Source: Squalus acanthias (Eukaryota). Taken from it: a stretch of DNA of 64,000 nucleotides. Under the pieces are notes generated by a model. That model worked only from the letters and a program-made list of their open reading frames with translations. It was not told where the DNA came from and did not search any database. Where the stretch lies: contig CM059433.1 in assembly GCA_030390025.1 (NCBI GenBank), forward strand, positions 8,248,001 through 8,312,000, written 5' to 3'. Shown in pieces: positions 1 through 11,136 of the stretch (within the stretch, counting starts at the first letter, position 1; the number at the start of each line of letters is the position of its first letter). Made by a program: the position numbers and the translations under genes.

Positions 1-705
1 AGAGGGAGGGAGGCAATGATCAGGAGAGGGAGGGAGGCAGTGATCGGGAGAGGGAGGGAGGCAAGATCGGGAGAGGGAGGCAAGATCGGGAGAGGGAGGC
101 AAGATCGGGAGAGGGAGGGGGCAGTGATCGGGAGAGGGAGGGAGGCAGTGATCGGGCGAGGGAGGAGGCAGAGACTGGGACAGGGAGGGGGCAGTGATCG
201 GGAGAAGGAGGGAGGCAGTGATCGGGCGAGGGAGGAGGCAGAGACTGGGAGAGGGAGGGAGGCAGTGATCGGGAGAGGGAGGGAGGCAAGATCGGGAGAG
301 GGAGGGAGGCAAGATCGGGAGAGGGAGGCAAGATCGGGAGAGGGAGGGGCAGTGATCGGGAGAGGGAGGGAGGCAGTGATCGGGCGAGGGAGGAGGCAGA
401 GATCGGGAGAGGGAGGGAGGCAGTGATCGGGAGAGGGAGGGAGGCAGAGATCGGGCGAGGGAGGAGGCAGAGATCGGGAGAGGGAGGGAGGCAGAGATCG
501 GGAGAGGGAGGGAGGCAGTGATCGGGAGACGGAGGAGGCAGAGATTGGGAGAGGGAGGGAGGCAGTGATCGGGAGAGGGAGGGAGGCAGAGATCGGGAGA
601 GGGAGGGAGGCAGTGATCGGGAGAGGGAGGGAGGCAGTGATCGGGAGAGGGAGGGGCAGTGATCGGGAGAGGGAGGGGCAGTGATCGGGAGGCAGTGATC
701 AGGAA
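1..705. repeat. GA-rich minisatellite, ~24-bp unit (gggagagggagggaggcagtgatc) with 20-bp variants; runs off the window start
   Basis: Tandem units are directly visible. ORFs 16..426 and 20..331 are translations of the repeat. Confidence 0.95.
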
Positions 706-1883
706 GAGGGAGGGTGACAATTGGGTGGGTGGGGGTGTGGTTGGAGGGCAGCGACCCGTGGTTTTAATGTGGAGCCAGGAGCAGCATTCCTGCTCCTCCT
801 GGCTCCACATTCAGGAATGTATATTTTGTACAAAACATACCTTTTGGTGGCGGGCCCCTGGTTAGGCCACATGTAGACCTGGTTTTACTGAGCCCGCTGG
901 CCCTGGTGCCAGAGCAGCCTAACTTCACAAAGGGGTCCTCAGACGGGCGTTAGGCCCTCTATTCTCATATTCAAAGGGTCGAATGCCTAGTTCAGGTACG
1001 GGCCCCGGGTACTTCTCCTCAAACCTATCCCAATACGGTGAGCGTCCGCACGTCGCCTGCGCGTTGGATGCTTTTGCGCCCGTTTTACGTTTTAAGAATA
1101 ACTTCAGAATATCGCAGAATGATATGAATTTACAGGAACCACAAGCCGTGAAAAATTAATTGAAATCTATATTTTGTACGTATTCAAATGACAGCTTCTA
1201 TATTATAATACCAAGGGACAGGACAGAGTGAACATTATGGCCACATTAAATGATAAGGAAAATGATTTAAAATAATGATTAGTTTAACAATGATATTTAC
1301 AGTCTGAAAACGTTATGGTAGAATGTCGCAACTGTCCGATCTATTCTTCACACAATCATAAAATGTGCACTTCAACAGTTTTGTGGAGCAATTTTTTTAA
1401 TCAATTTCTTTTAAATCTTTAAAACATTAACAGAAATATCCGCACGTACCTTCAGCAGTTCCTGACTGTGTGCTGCACGCAATAGAATTTTAGAAAGGGC
1501 TGCGATTGCTGTGGAAATGCATTCCGTGGAGGGGTATCAAGTTGTAATCGGGGACAGATGTTACCCACCGTGGTTAACATGCTTCGGGCCTCTCACAATG
1601 CTCGGTTATTTTCCATTAACTCAGTCAATGGGCTCAGTCATGAGTTTCTGCTCTTATCACAGGTACTTGCCACTGATGAGTCGGAGGAACGATTCAGGGA
1701 TCCCGTTATGTTTTAGTGTGAGAGATGCGAGAAGAGTAATGAGAGATAGCAGGGAGCAAGTTGGGAACGAGGCTCCGAGTGGGAGCTTCTGCCTGAAACC
1801 TAGAGCCACCATTTCACGCAAATGGACCCCAAATGACAAGGGATTTGTGTGAGACTGGAAGAAACATTCTTTTGTCGTCTGCC

Positions 1884-3206
1884 ATGTCAGCTGTGGCTCA
1901 GTGGGTAGCGCCCTTGGGCAGAATTTTCATTGACCCGTGGAGGCGGGTTTGGAGGCGTGTGGGGTGGGAAAATAGCAGATTCGGGGGTCCAGAACCCATC
2001 CCGCCCCCCAACCCGCCTCCATGCCAGTTTCGCTGGAGGCGGGTGCCCGACCTGTGCTGGGAGCCGCCTCCCCGAGGCGGGAAGGGAATTAGTGACAATT
2101 AACTGCCTGTTAACAGGTAGTTAACAGGCAGTTTGTTGCCTAATCCCTATTTTTAGCCCTGAACTGTGGGCTACCCGACAGGTCCCAACCACGCCATTTT
2201 AGCAAGGCGGACCATGGGTCTGCAGGGGTTGGAGGGGTCGATATGTCCGGTGGGCAGGTGAGTGATGGGTGCATGTGTGCAGAGGTAAGTGTGTAAGGTA
2301 AGTGTAAAGTGTGGAATAAAGTTTTACTTACCTTAACTTCCTCCTGCAGGTGTCAGCCCTTCAGGTCTCGGGAGTCAGAAATCTCACCGGCACAGAAAGC
2401 AGAATGGCCGCGGAGCTGTCAAAAGCTGCAGTCTCTGCTTTCTGTGCTGGATTGATTTCTAACTGAGTCTAAGTACAGGGACTCACATTAGAAATCATAT
2501 TGTCAGTGTTTGACAGCTTCACAGAGCTGTCAAACGCTGAAATTTCATCTGTCAAAAGCTCTTGACAGATGAAATTTCAATGGCTGACGTCACCTGTATC
2601 CAAGGAACCCTTGATTGGCCTGCTGAGCCCGCTGGGCGGGCTTAACAAGGTCAATCAAGGAAAAATACAGTGGGTTGGCCACAAGTCGATGGAGGCGGGA
2701 CTACAACCCAAAAAGTGGGAGTCCCGCCTCCATTACGTCCCCATTGACAAAATCCAGCTTGTCTCTAAATTCAGAAGGTTGTGGGTTCACAGTCCCCACT
2801 CCAGAAACTCGAGCACATAAAGCTAGGCTGACACTCTCCCAGTGCAGTGCTGAGGGAGTGCCGCACTGTCGGAGGTGCTGTCTTTCGGATGAGACGTTAA
2901 ACTGAGGCCCTGTCTGCTCTCTCCGGTGGACGTAAAAGATCCCATGGCACTATTTCGAAGAAGAGCAGGGGAGTTATCCCCGGTGTCCTGGGTCAATATT
3001 TATCCCTCAACCAACATAACAAAAACAGATTATCTGGTCATTATCACATTGCTGTTTGTGGGAGCTTGCTGTGTGCAAATTGGCTGCTGCATTTCCCACA
3101 TTACAACAGTGACTCCACTTCAAAAGTACTTAATTGGCTGTAAAGAGCTTTGAGACGTCCGGTGGTCGTGAAAGGCGCTATATAAATGCAAGTCTTTCTT
3201 TCTTTT
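1884..3206 (+). mobile_element. tRNA-derived SINE with Deu-type central domain and L2-like tail (SacSINE1-like), split by a MITE at 1916-2758
   Basis: Head gtcagctgtggctcagtgggtagc at 1886 resumes at ~2761 (cagaaggttgtgggttc). Body ...cggatgagacgttaaa...aaaagatcccatggcactatttcgaagaagagcagggg. Tail aaaggcgctatataaatgcaagtctttc. Collinear with 62554-63030. Confidence 0.88.
1916..2758. mobile_element. Non-autonomous DNA transposon (MITE, probably Harbinger-type) nested in the SINE head
   Basis: Imperfect TIRs gggcagaatttt / aaaatccagc. Interrupts an otherwise continuous SINE. Contains several internal hairpins. Confidence 0.75.
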
Positions 3207-3309
3207 TGGAATGAACCTCATAGAAATAGAAATAAAGAAATAGAAATAAACATATATCGATGCTATTGCTAATATCTTCCTTTGGTTATACATGATACGG
3301 TACATTTTC

Positions 3310-3425
3310 AGGGCTATGGGGAAAGCGCAGAGGGGAGTGGGACTAATTGGATTGCTCTTTCAAAGAGCCAGCACAGGCACGATGGGCCGAATGGCTTCTT
3401 TCTGTTCTGTAAGATTCTATGATGA
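3310..3425 (+). mobile_element. CR1 LINE 3' tail fragment
   Basis: agggctatggggaaagcg...agagccagcacaggcacgatgggccgaatggc...attctatga; same tail as at 26460-26578. Confidence 0.75.
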
Positions 3426-3576
3426 TCCTGAGCTGGTGCTACGGAGTTATTGCTATTCAGTGCGCTTTGTGTAGTTGACAAGTGATGATGTTCACATTGT
3501 AGGATTGACAATCATGTTATCATTACAAATGTATAAAAATCAAAATCAACAGCCGGTTACTGGGAAATAACACGTT

Positions 3577-6305
3577 GGCTGGAGTTTTCTGGGGTCCGTG
3601 CAGACAGGAATGGAGGCGGGTCAGGTGGGAAATTTGAAAAAAGACACACCGGGTCGGGAACCCACCGTCATCCCGCCCCCACGTGCCTTTCCCTCGGGCG
3701 CGTTTGCTGGTGCGGCAGCGACCCGACCGGCAGAAGTGGGCAACCTAATTCAAATCATTATCAGCTTGTCAGACAGTTAAGAGACTTTTCTCCCCGAATT
3801 TCAAATTTCCCTGCATTGGCCACGGGATTCAGGCAGCTCGGGAACCACGTCTGTCAGCCTGAGGCGGGAGTTGAGTGGCCATTGCTCCAGCTGATTACTT
3901 GACAGCATCAAATGTTCAGTGAAAGCTCTCACCTGACAGCTGATCACTTTCCTCAGGCAGAAGCTGTTGCTGACTACATTCCCAGCACAGATTCTGCAGG
4001 CTGCAAGTCTTTCCAGCAAAGTCTCCATCCGGTGTCACCTCATTGGAAGAACCTCTCTCACCATTGACAGATCGCTTCTGTCATCTGTACTTCACCTGCC
4101 ATCTATTCCATCAGCATGGGTGCCCTTTATACTGTCTCACCTTGGTCCTCAGAATCTGACCACGATTAGCCTCAACACCAGCAGCACTTGTGTGGCATCT
4201 TTCTCTTCCGCGTGCTTCTACGAGGTGCTACCCCTGTGGCTTCAGCAGAGGTAGAGGCAGCCTGCTCACTTCCCTGCTGCGACTACACAAACCCTTTTGG
4301 CGGACGTCCTCTGGGTCTTAGAGCCGTGATGGCCCTGCCAAAGTCTGCTCCTCCTGCGACTGTGCAGGGACGGACTCGGCCATTGCGATCCCAGGAGGCA
4401 TCTGGGGCTCCGACTGAGGAGGTGGCAACGGGGGAGAAGTGTGAGCGCTTTGAGAGGAGCCCCCACTTCCATGTCCCCTTTCACTATCTTCCCTATCATG
4501 GGCCACCCGCACTTCCCTGCTAGCAAGGAGCTGGAGAGCACCTTGTTGCACAGCAGTGGGGCCATGAGTACCCAAGTGGTACCTTTACATCCCTCCTAGA
4601 GAGGAGGTCTATGAGCCTCTGCCATCTATTCTCCATAGATAGCCATCTATTCACCATAGAGACCATGTGCTCCTGTGAGTGGCGCATTAGCTGCTCCATG
4701 CAGGTGGCCATCCTATCCATGGAGGAGCCTACAGTCGCCATCGCCTGCGACACGGTGGTGCTCATGTTGGAGATGAACTCCTTCATTCTCTGAACATTTG
4801 CTGACATTGCACTCGCAAAACCCGTCAGAGCCTCCTGCACTTCTTCCTGCACCTCCAGGATCACCTCTTTCTGGATGGCCCCGAGGCTCAGCGTCTACAT
4901 GCAGCTGAGCAGAGCTTGGAGCGTCCTGCGCCCTCCGACGAGGAGTCTCCACTGCTGTCCCTGTCTCCACCATCTGCTCTTGCTCACTTGTGACTTGTGA
5001 CGGACCCGGTGACAACGTTATTCTATCTCGCATAGGACCCACCGAGGTGTGCGTCTCTGCGCTGGTGCTGGGTGTGCTTATGCCTGGTGACGCTGCGCCC
5101 TCAGAGGCTGGAGGCTCCTCTGAGGAGTCGTCTTCCTCTTCCTCCTGGACAGAGGGGTGGGGGGGGGGGGCTCTTGATGGACCTGTGGGACAGTAAAGAG
5201 ATGAGTTAGATATGTCATATGTAGATTGGGTACAGATACCATTTTGCACATGATGACCATTCAATGGCTGCTGACATCAGTGCCCATATGAGTGACTGCT
5301 GTATGCCATGTAGCTGTATGAGATGTAATTCTGTCACCAGGTTGCTGAGATGTCCCTCTCTCTCCGTCCCCCACCTCCAGCTGTTTGGCCACACCCGACA
5401 GCTCTAAGGCAGCCTCCTCTGCTCTTGTGAGGGTAGCCATTGATGTGGTTCCACCGCCGGTTCTCTCCCTCTCCCTCTCATTGTGGGCTCTCTTTTCCTG
5501 CAAGGAGGGAAAGAAGAGAAGGTTGAGTGAGAGTGATGGAATGAGTGTAAGGAATGGATGGGTTAGATCTGTAGAGGGCGACTATGATGGAGTGGGGTGG
5601 CAATGCCAAGTGCCTATCCTTGTGTGTTGTTAGTTGCTATGATTGCACTAGGATGAGGGTGAGTGTGAGGGGTGGCTAGTGAGATGGGGAAGTGATAATG
5701 TAAATAGAGAGAGAGGGATGGGTGGAGGTGCAAGGTATGTTGGTGTGAGTAAGGATGTGCAGGGTTGGGAAGGCAGAGTGATGGGGATGTGATGAGAGGC
5801 GCAGCAGGTTGAAGTTGAGTGTGGCTTTGTACTCACCTTTCCTGATCTAATGAGATCATTTGAGCGTTTGCTCCTCCTGATGACATCCCTGCTATTGACC
5901 TCCTCTGCAATTTGGAGCCATGCTGTCTTGGTCTGCTGGGGAGGTCTCTTCCGGCCATCAACAGCATATTGAGGGAGTCATCGGAGAGCCTGGGTTCAGC
6001 CCTCTGTTTCTGTGCAGCCATCTTTGTTGGTCTGGGCAGCAGTTGAATTGTGCAATGCAGCGACCGCACACTCCTAGATTAACCTTCCAATGCAATGTGG
6101 CCATGGCGCCTTTAAATATCCCGGCTGAAAACGTGTCGTCGATGATGTCACCAGACCCGCACCATTTAATTGGGCCGGGCAACGCGCAGGGCGGGCTTAA
6201 TAGGCCCTATTAACGTAAAGTCATTTTTGTGGAGCGGGATGGAACCAGCAACGGGCTCGCAGTTCGCCATGGCGGCCACCCACAGCGGGAGGGAAAATTC
6301 TGGCC
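3577..6305. mobile_element. PIF/Harbinger DNA transposon, internally deleted (transposase largely lost, accessory gene retained)
   Basis: TIRs ggctggagttttc / gaaaattctggcc. Exact 3-bp TSD gtt at 3574-3576 and 6306-6308. Carries a Myb/SANT-like gene on the minus strand. Confidence 0.85.
4266..6021 (-). pseudogene. Harbinger accessory Myb/SANT-like (MSANTD-type) gene, three exons (6021-5837, 5497-5338, 5182-~4270), frameshifted
   Basis: Peptides MAAQKQRAEPRLSDDSLNMLL and EKRAHNERERERTGGG are typical of these proteins. Splice sites AAG|GTGAGT, ttgcag|, CTG|GTGACA and tcccacag|. Exon 2 (160 nt) and exon 3 join in matching phase 1. Confidence 0.75.
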
Positions 6306-6674
6306 GTTCAGTCAGTATATATTAGTATTCAGCGAATAATGAATACCTATGAGCGATTACAAATCATTAAACTCACAGAGGGGTACAAATGACATCGTAA
6401 GCTCCAACAGCAAATCTGAAATTGAAATCACAAGATAAATACACATGAAGAAGTCCATTGGCTTATCCTCCCACAAAGGCCCAACAATCAGGTATACGAT
6501 AGTTTCTTAAATTACTCTGCAAGGAAGAATTTCCTGTTATCAGTTCTAAGTGCACTAGATTGAACCTGTTTCCCCTTGTTTTAATTCTCACTTTCAGTTT
6601 GAAGTAATTATCTATCCCAGCTCCTCTCATATATCTCTGCAGGTCACTTCTCCATTGCCTCTTTTCCACAATAA

Positions 6675-7045
6675 CAGCCTGCATTTATGTAGCAACTTTT
6701 AACGTAGAAAATTCTGCCACGGCACTTCACTGGGGCGTCATCAAAAAATGGACGGCGAGCTAAAGGAAGAGCTAATAAGGAGGGTGAATCAAAGCTTGGC
6801 CAAAGACATTAGCTTTAAAGATGATCTCGGAGGAGGAGAGAGTGGTGGAGAGGCGGAAGGGTTGAGGGAAGGAATGCCAGAGCTCAGGGCCTAGATGATT
6901 GACTGCATGGCCACCAACGTCAGGATGGAACGATGAGGGGTGCACGATAGGCCAGAGCCAGAGGGATGAAGAGTTCAGGGGTCGTTTGCCAGGTTGGACA
7001 AGGGTTATAGACATAAGGATGGATGAGGCCGTGAAGGAATGGAAA
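6675..7045 (-). mobile_element. Degraded L2 LINE 3' fragment
   Basis: Minus-strand translation VGGHAVNHLGPELWHSFPQPFRLSTTLSS resembles the L2 C-terminus at 13456-13794. Confidence 0.7.
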
Positions 7046-7499
7046 CACAAGGACAAGCTTTTCTTTCACATCACTATTCTTTAAATGGGACCCAAAACAG
7101 CAATGCTGACGTTAACTCTTAAAGCACCCATGCTTGTTATTCCAAAGGAATATTGGAGGAGATTTTCCTCGGTCTGTTCCTGGGTACTCTGGATCACCTG
7201 GGTACAGCAAGTATCACATGATTTGGCGACTTGGAGCACAAGTTCGAATAAAGAGACTCGCCCGATTTTGCTCAATTAATTTAAATGGCGTGAACTCCGA
7301 CCCTGCCCAAACTCCTGCTATTTCCTGCGCCCAGGCGATCCAGCGTGCCCAGGCGCGGACCCGGCAAAACCTCCCCATTTTCCGGTCTTGCAAATAAAAC
7401 GTAGCAGGAAACGGTAGAATAAACTACCACAGAGGCGGGACAGCGGAAACAGTGCAGTACAACGGGCCAAAAAAACAACAGAAACCCAACATCCCAAAA

Positions 7500-8148
7500 G
7501 GGGGAAAACTTTGGTTGCTTTGCGAGGCGCAAAGCCCCCTAGCACCTGAAATTCAGCGGGAGGGTAGCGCCCCGCGGCGCTGCGCCTCCGGCGATGACGT
7601 CATCGCAGTGCACAGTGCCCCGCTCCCGCCCCGGCCGCAAACTTGGCTTGCGCCCCCCCTGACCTACCGCCGGACGCTGTGTCTGACAGGGTCAGGGTGC
7701 CGCGTTTCCGGCCACGGCGGCGCAAATTAAAGGGCAGGTGCCGGGCGGCCATTTTTATTTTGGGCCGCCTGCCAGCACCTGCCCCCTCTGGCCTCCTTCC
7801 GCGGGGTGCCGGCTGCGATCGGTCTTTTGCCGGCACCCCGCTCCCTGGTGGTCCAGCAGAGCCCCCGTGCACGCTCCGCTAGGCCCCTCCCCTTTAATCT
7901 GGGGAGGGAGGCCTGCAGTATCGCAGCGCTACGTGCCGACGCGCGCGTGGCGCTGTTGCACGTAGCGCCGCGATATTCAATAGTAGCGCCCCAGGAAGGA
8001 GGGGGAGCGCTTCCAGTAGCGTCCCGTCTCCTGCTTGGGGCGCTACCATTCAATTTATGGCGCGGGGGTGCTAACTTTTTCAGGGCGCTAAAAGTAGCGC
8101 CCCGGCGTAGTTAGCGCCGCAAAGGGGACGCGACCCAATTTTTCCCCC
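7500..8148. mobile_element. GC/CpG-rich MITE (Harbinger-like)
   Basis: Ends gggggaaaactttgg / cccaatttttccccc. The terminus resembles ggggagaaattggg of the Harbinger starting at 48403. Repeated tagcgcc subterminal motifs. Confidence 0.7.
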
Positions 8149-8424
8149 TTAATCTCAGCTTTAAGAGCGTGCGGTCTCACGTGTACAGCACAGAAGCTGT
8201 GCAGCGCTCAGAGGCCAGGGCCGATGGGGGAATGCGTCACAGAACCTATTTAAATCAATCTGCATAAATGTTGGGGCTTCAATGATTCTCGCGCACGCAG
8301 TCAGCATGGCAAAAAGCCAACGTTTTCAGTTCCCCAGAAGCCAGAGCCTAGCCCCATCAACGAGAGAGGCCGCTCCAAGCGCAACATTGGGAAATTGCCC
8401 CATTATTTACGTTAGGAATTCACA

Positions 8425-8660
8425 TTGGCCAGGAAGGCCCAGATTCAATCCCCGGTTTCAGTTGAATTGGCTGGCCACAGCAGAGATGGCAGTTAAGGCA
8501 CTGGAGCAATAGGCCTTGGCGCCCCTGGGTTCCTGCTCCCGACCACTATCCAGTTCCTGCTGAAAGGTGCGTGTGTAAGAATATGTCACCAATGACAGAA
8601 TCGGGCTTCCCTGCGATGTGGACACTCGCTGAGCGAGCGCGCAGACGGAGCAGGCTAACT
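8425..8660 (+). mobile_element. Degraded SINE-like remnant (a possibly related remnant lies on the minus strand at ~62430-62550)
   Basis: B-box-like gattcaatccccgg followed by ggccttggcgcccctgggttcctgctcc...ctatccag. Recognised as repeat-like only. Confidence 0.4.
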
Positions 8661-8684
8661 TGGGTCGACACGATGCTGTCATCA

Positions 8685-9570
8685 GAACATAAGAACATAA
8701 GAAAAAGGAGCAGGAGTAGGCCATTCGGCCCTTCGAGCCTGCTCCGCCATACAAGTCCAGAACCAGGGGTCACAGTCTAAGGATAAGGGGTAAGCCATTT
8801 AGGACTGAGATGAGGAGGAATTTCTTCACCCAGAGAGTGGTGAACCTGTGGAATTTTCTACCACAGAAGGCAGTTGAGGCCAATTCATTAAATATATTCG
8901 AGAAGGAGTTAGATATATTTCTTAAGGCTAAAGGGATCAAGGGATATGGGGAGAAAGCAGGGACAGGGTACAGAATTTGGATGATTAGCCATGATCTATG
9001 TTTCAATGAGATCATGGCTGATCTTCTGCCTCAACTCCATTCACCGGCCTTATCGCCATATCCTTGATGCCCTTACTAGTCGGAAATCTATCGACTTCTG
9101 TTTTGAATATACCCAATGACTGAGCCTCCACAGCCCTCTGGGGTAGAGAATTCCAAAGATTCACCACCCTCTGTGTGAAGAAATTTCTTCTCATCTCAGT
9201 CCTGAATGGCCTACCCTTTATCCTGAGGTTGTGGCCCCTGGTTCTAGACTCCCCAGCCAAGGGAAACATTCTCCCAGCATCCACCCTATCAAGCCCTGTA
9301 ATAATTTTGTATGTTTCAATGAGATCCCCTCTCATTCTTCTGAATCTCTTCTCATACGACAGTCCCAGCCATCCCAGGAATCAATCTCGTGAACCTTCGT
9401 TGCACTCCCTCTATGGCAAGTACATCCTTCCTTAGGTAAGGAGACCAAAATTGTACTCAGTACTCCAGGTGTGGTCTCACCAAGGCCCTACATAATTGGA
9501 GTAAGACTTCTTTACTCCTGTACTCAAATCCTCTTGTAATGAAGGCCAGCATACCATTTGCCTTCCTAAT
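8685..9570 (-). mobile_element. CR1 LINE 3' fragment, interrupted by a plus-strand CR1 fragment
   Basis: (agaacata)n tail at 8685. ORF MRGDLIETYKIITGLDRVDAGRMFPL...RRNFFTQRVVNLWNSLP. Near-identical to 60425-60985. Confidence 0.92.
8755..8997 (+). mobile_element. CR1 fragment of another subfamily inserted in the 3' UTR of the minus-strand CR1
   Basis: MRRNFFTQRVVNLWNFLPQKAVEANSLNIFEKELD. Host sequence ccgccat|tcaatgagatc is split around it. Confidence 0.85.
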
Positions 9571-10097
9571 GTTGAACTGTAGCTCAGCATAACAGGCGGC
9601 AACAGAAAGAGAAATCTTCAACGTCTTGCAGTCATTTTTTTTGTGGCACTGTGCATTTTCTTAATCATTGCAGTGTGTGTGTGTGTGTTTTGTAGCAATT
9701 ACGTGCGATAACACCTAAAGGATTATCAATTTAGTGATTGCAATATTACCAGGTCATTTTTGGCAGATACAGAACAATTCACTCTCAGAGGTGTTTGTAT
9801 TCGCACATACGTGTCACGTGCCCCACGCTGCTTACCTGCTGGTGTCTTTCAGTTGACATTTCTGGAGAGCGTTGGTGAATCGTTCTTTGCTAACTTCAAT
9901 CGTTTACACAGATGGGATATAGTGAAAGTTGTTGAGCTCTGTTTTCTTTACATGCTAATTTTCTTGTGCTTATTAATACAAGAAATGTTCATGGTGGAGA
10001 AACGTTACAGGGGGTAATTTTAACCGAACATTGCCGGGCGGAAATCCCACGGGATCGGGTGGAACGCCGGTTTTACACCCCGCCCAATATTATTCTC

Positions 10098-10234
10098 CAT
10101 GATGTGGAGATGCCGGTGTTGGACTGGGGTGGACAAAAGTGAGAAGTCGCACAACACCAGGTTATAGTCCAACAGTTTTATTTGAAATCACGAGCTTTCA
10201 GAGCGGCTGCTCCTTCGTCAGGTTTACTTCTCAG
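10098..10234 (-). mobile_element. Penelope-like element 3' mini-insert (family A)
   Basis: Reverse complement matches 25827-25951. 10-bp TSD tattattctc at 10088-10097 and 10235-10244. Confidence 0.88.
10188..10224 (-). ncRNA. Minimal hammerhead ribozyme motif (degenerate copy)
   Basis: Minus strand reads CTGACGA-A-GGAGC-agcc-GCTCT-GAAA-GCTC-gtga. Confidence 0.65.
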
Positions 10235-11136
10235 TATTATTCTCAGTTAACTTCGACGGAGAGTAAACTCGGGCGGGGTGTGAAACGATTCCGTCAGTTT
10301 CCATGATGGGCAGCTGAGGTTAAAATTGCCCTCTTTACGTCAGCCACCCAATGCCCACAAAAAAATTATACCCATGTCAGGTACAGCACAACCAAAAGCT
10401 GTCTCTACGTGTCCCAATAATATAGATTAACCTAACTGTAACCTCAGAGGACTAACCCCCTTACTGCACTGGTGCGGCATTTCTCTTTCCATGCCAGCCA
10501 TCCTTGTGGCCCTAAGTGACGGTGCCAATTCAGTGCCACGCCACCGTGGACCCGCACTACTAGGGGCTGGGTGGAGCTGCCCGCGTGTCTTTCATGCAGC
10601 GCTCTTACAGTTGGTAGGCAGGAGGGGTTCAGTCCAAAGGTGGAGTCAAACCCAGAGCCAGAAGTGAAGAGTGTGCGATCACATCGCCCACCTAGACCTC
10701 AGCTCATGGTTACTTTTAAAAACAAAGCGAGGAGACTTTCTGCTTTCACACTCCTGGCAGCGTGCCCGCCATTTCCCTAACCCACGCCTGGTAGGCGAGC
10801 TGCCACATCAACAATGCGAACACGTAAAAATTGGCCCCTTGATCTAAGTATTTATGGGAAATGTCTAAAACGCTTGCTCTGTTTTCTGGTAGATTTTCAA
10901 CAAAGTTAAACCACAAACACTGATTCAGTGCCGAACGACAAGTTATTAGAAGAAATCGTTTTGAACAGGAATTGGTCGGGGGAGGTCTCAGCTGGGTTTC
11001 ATTTCAATATTCTAATATCACACGAAATGACTAAATTGTCATACACACAGGGAGAATTCTACCTTCCTCTACCACACAGATGGGCTGCTGGCTTTTTATA
11101 ACATTTGTGGGGAGGAGGTGAATTTGTCTTAAAATG

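Larger units (their letters stand above)
10011..10331. mobile_element. Short MITE hosting a Penelope mini-insert
   Basis: TIRs gggtaattttaacc / ggttaaaattgccc (1 mismatch). Confidence 0.8.

Noticed and set aside
16..426. Arg/Gly/Glu-rich 136-aa ORF
   Set aside because: Minisatellite translation.
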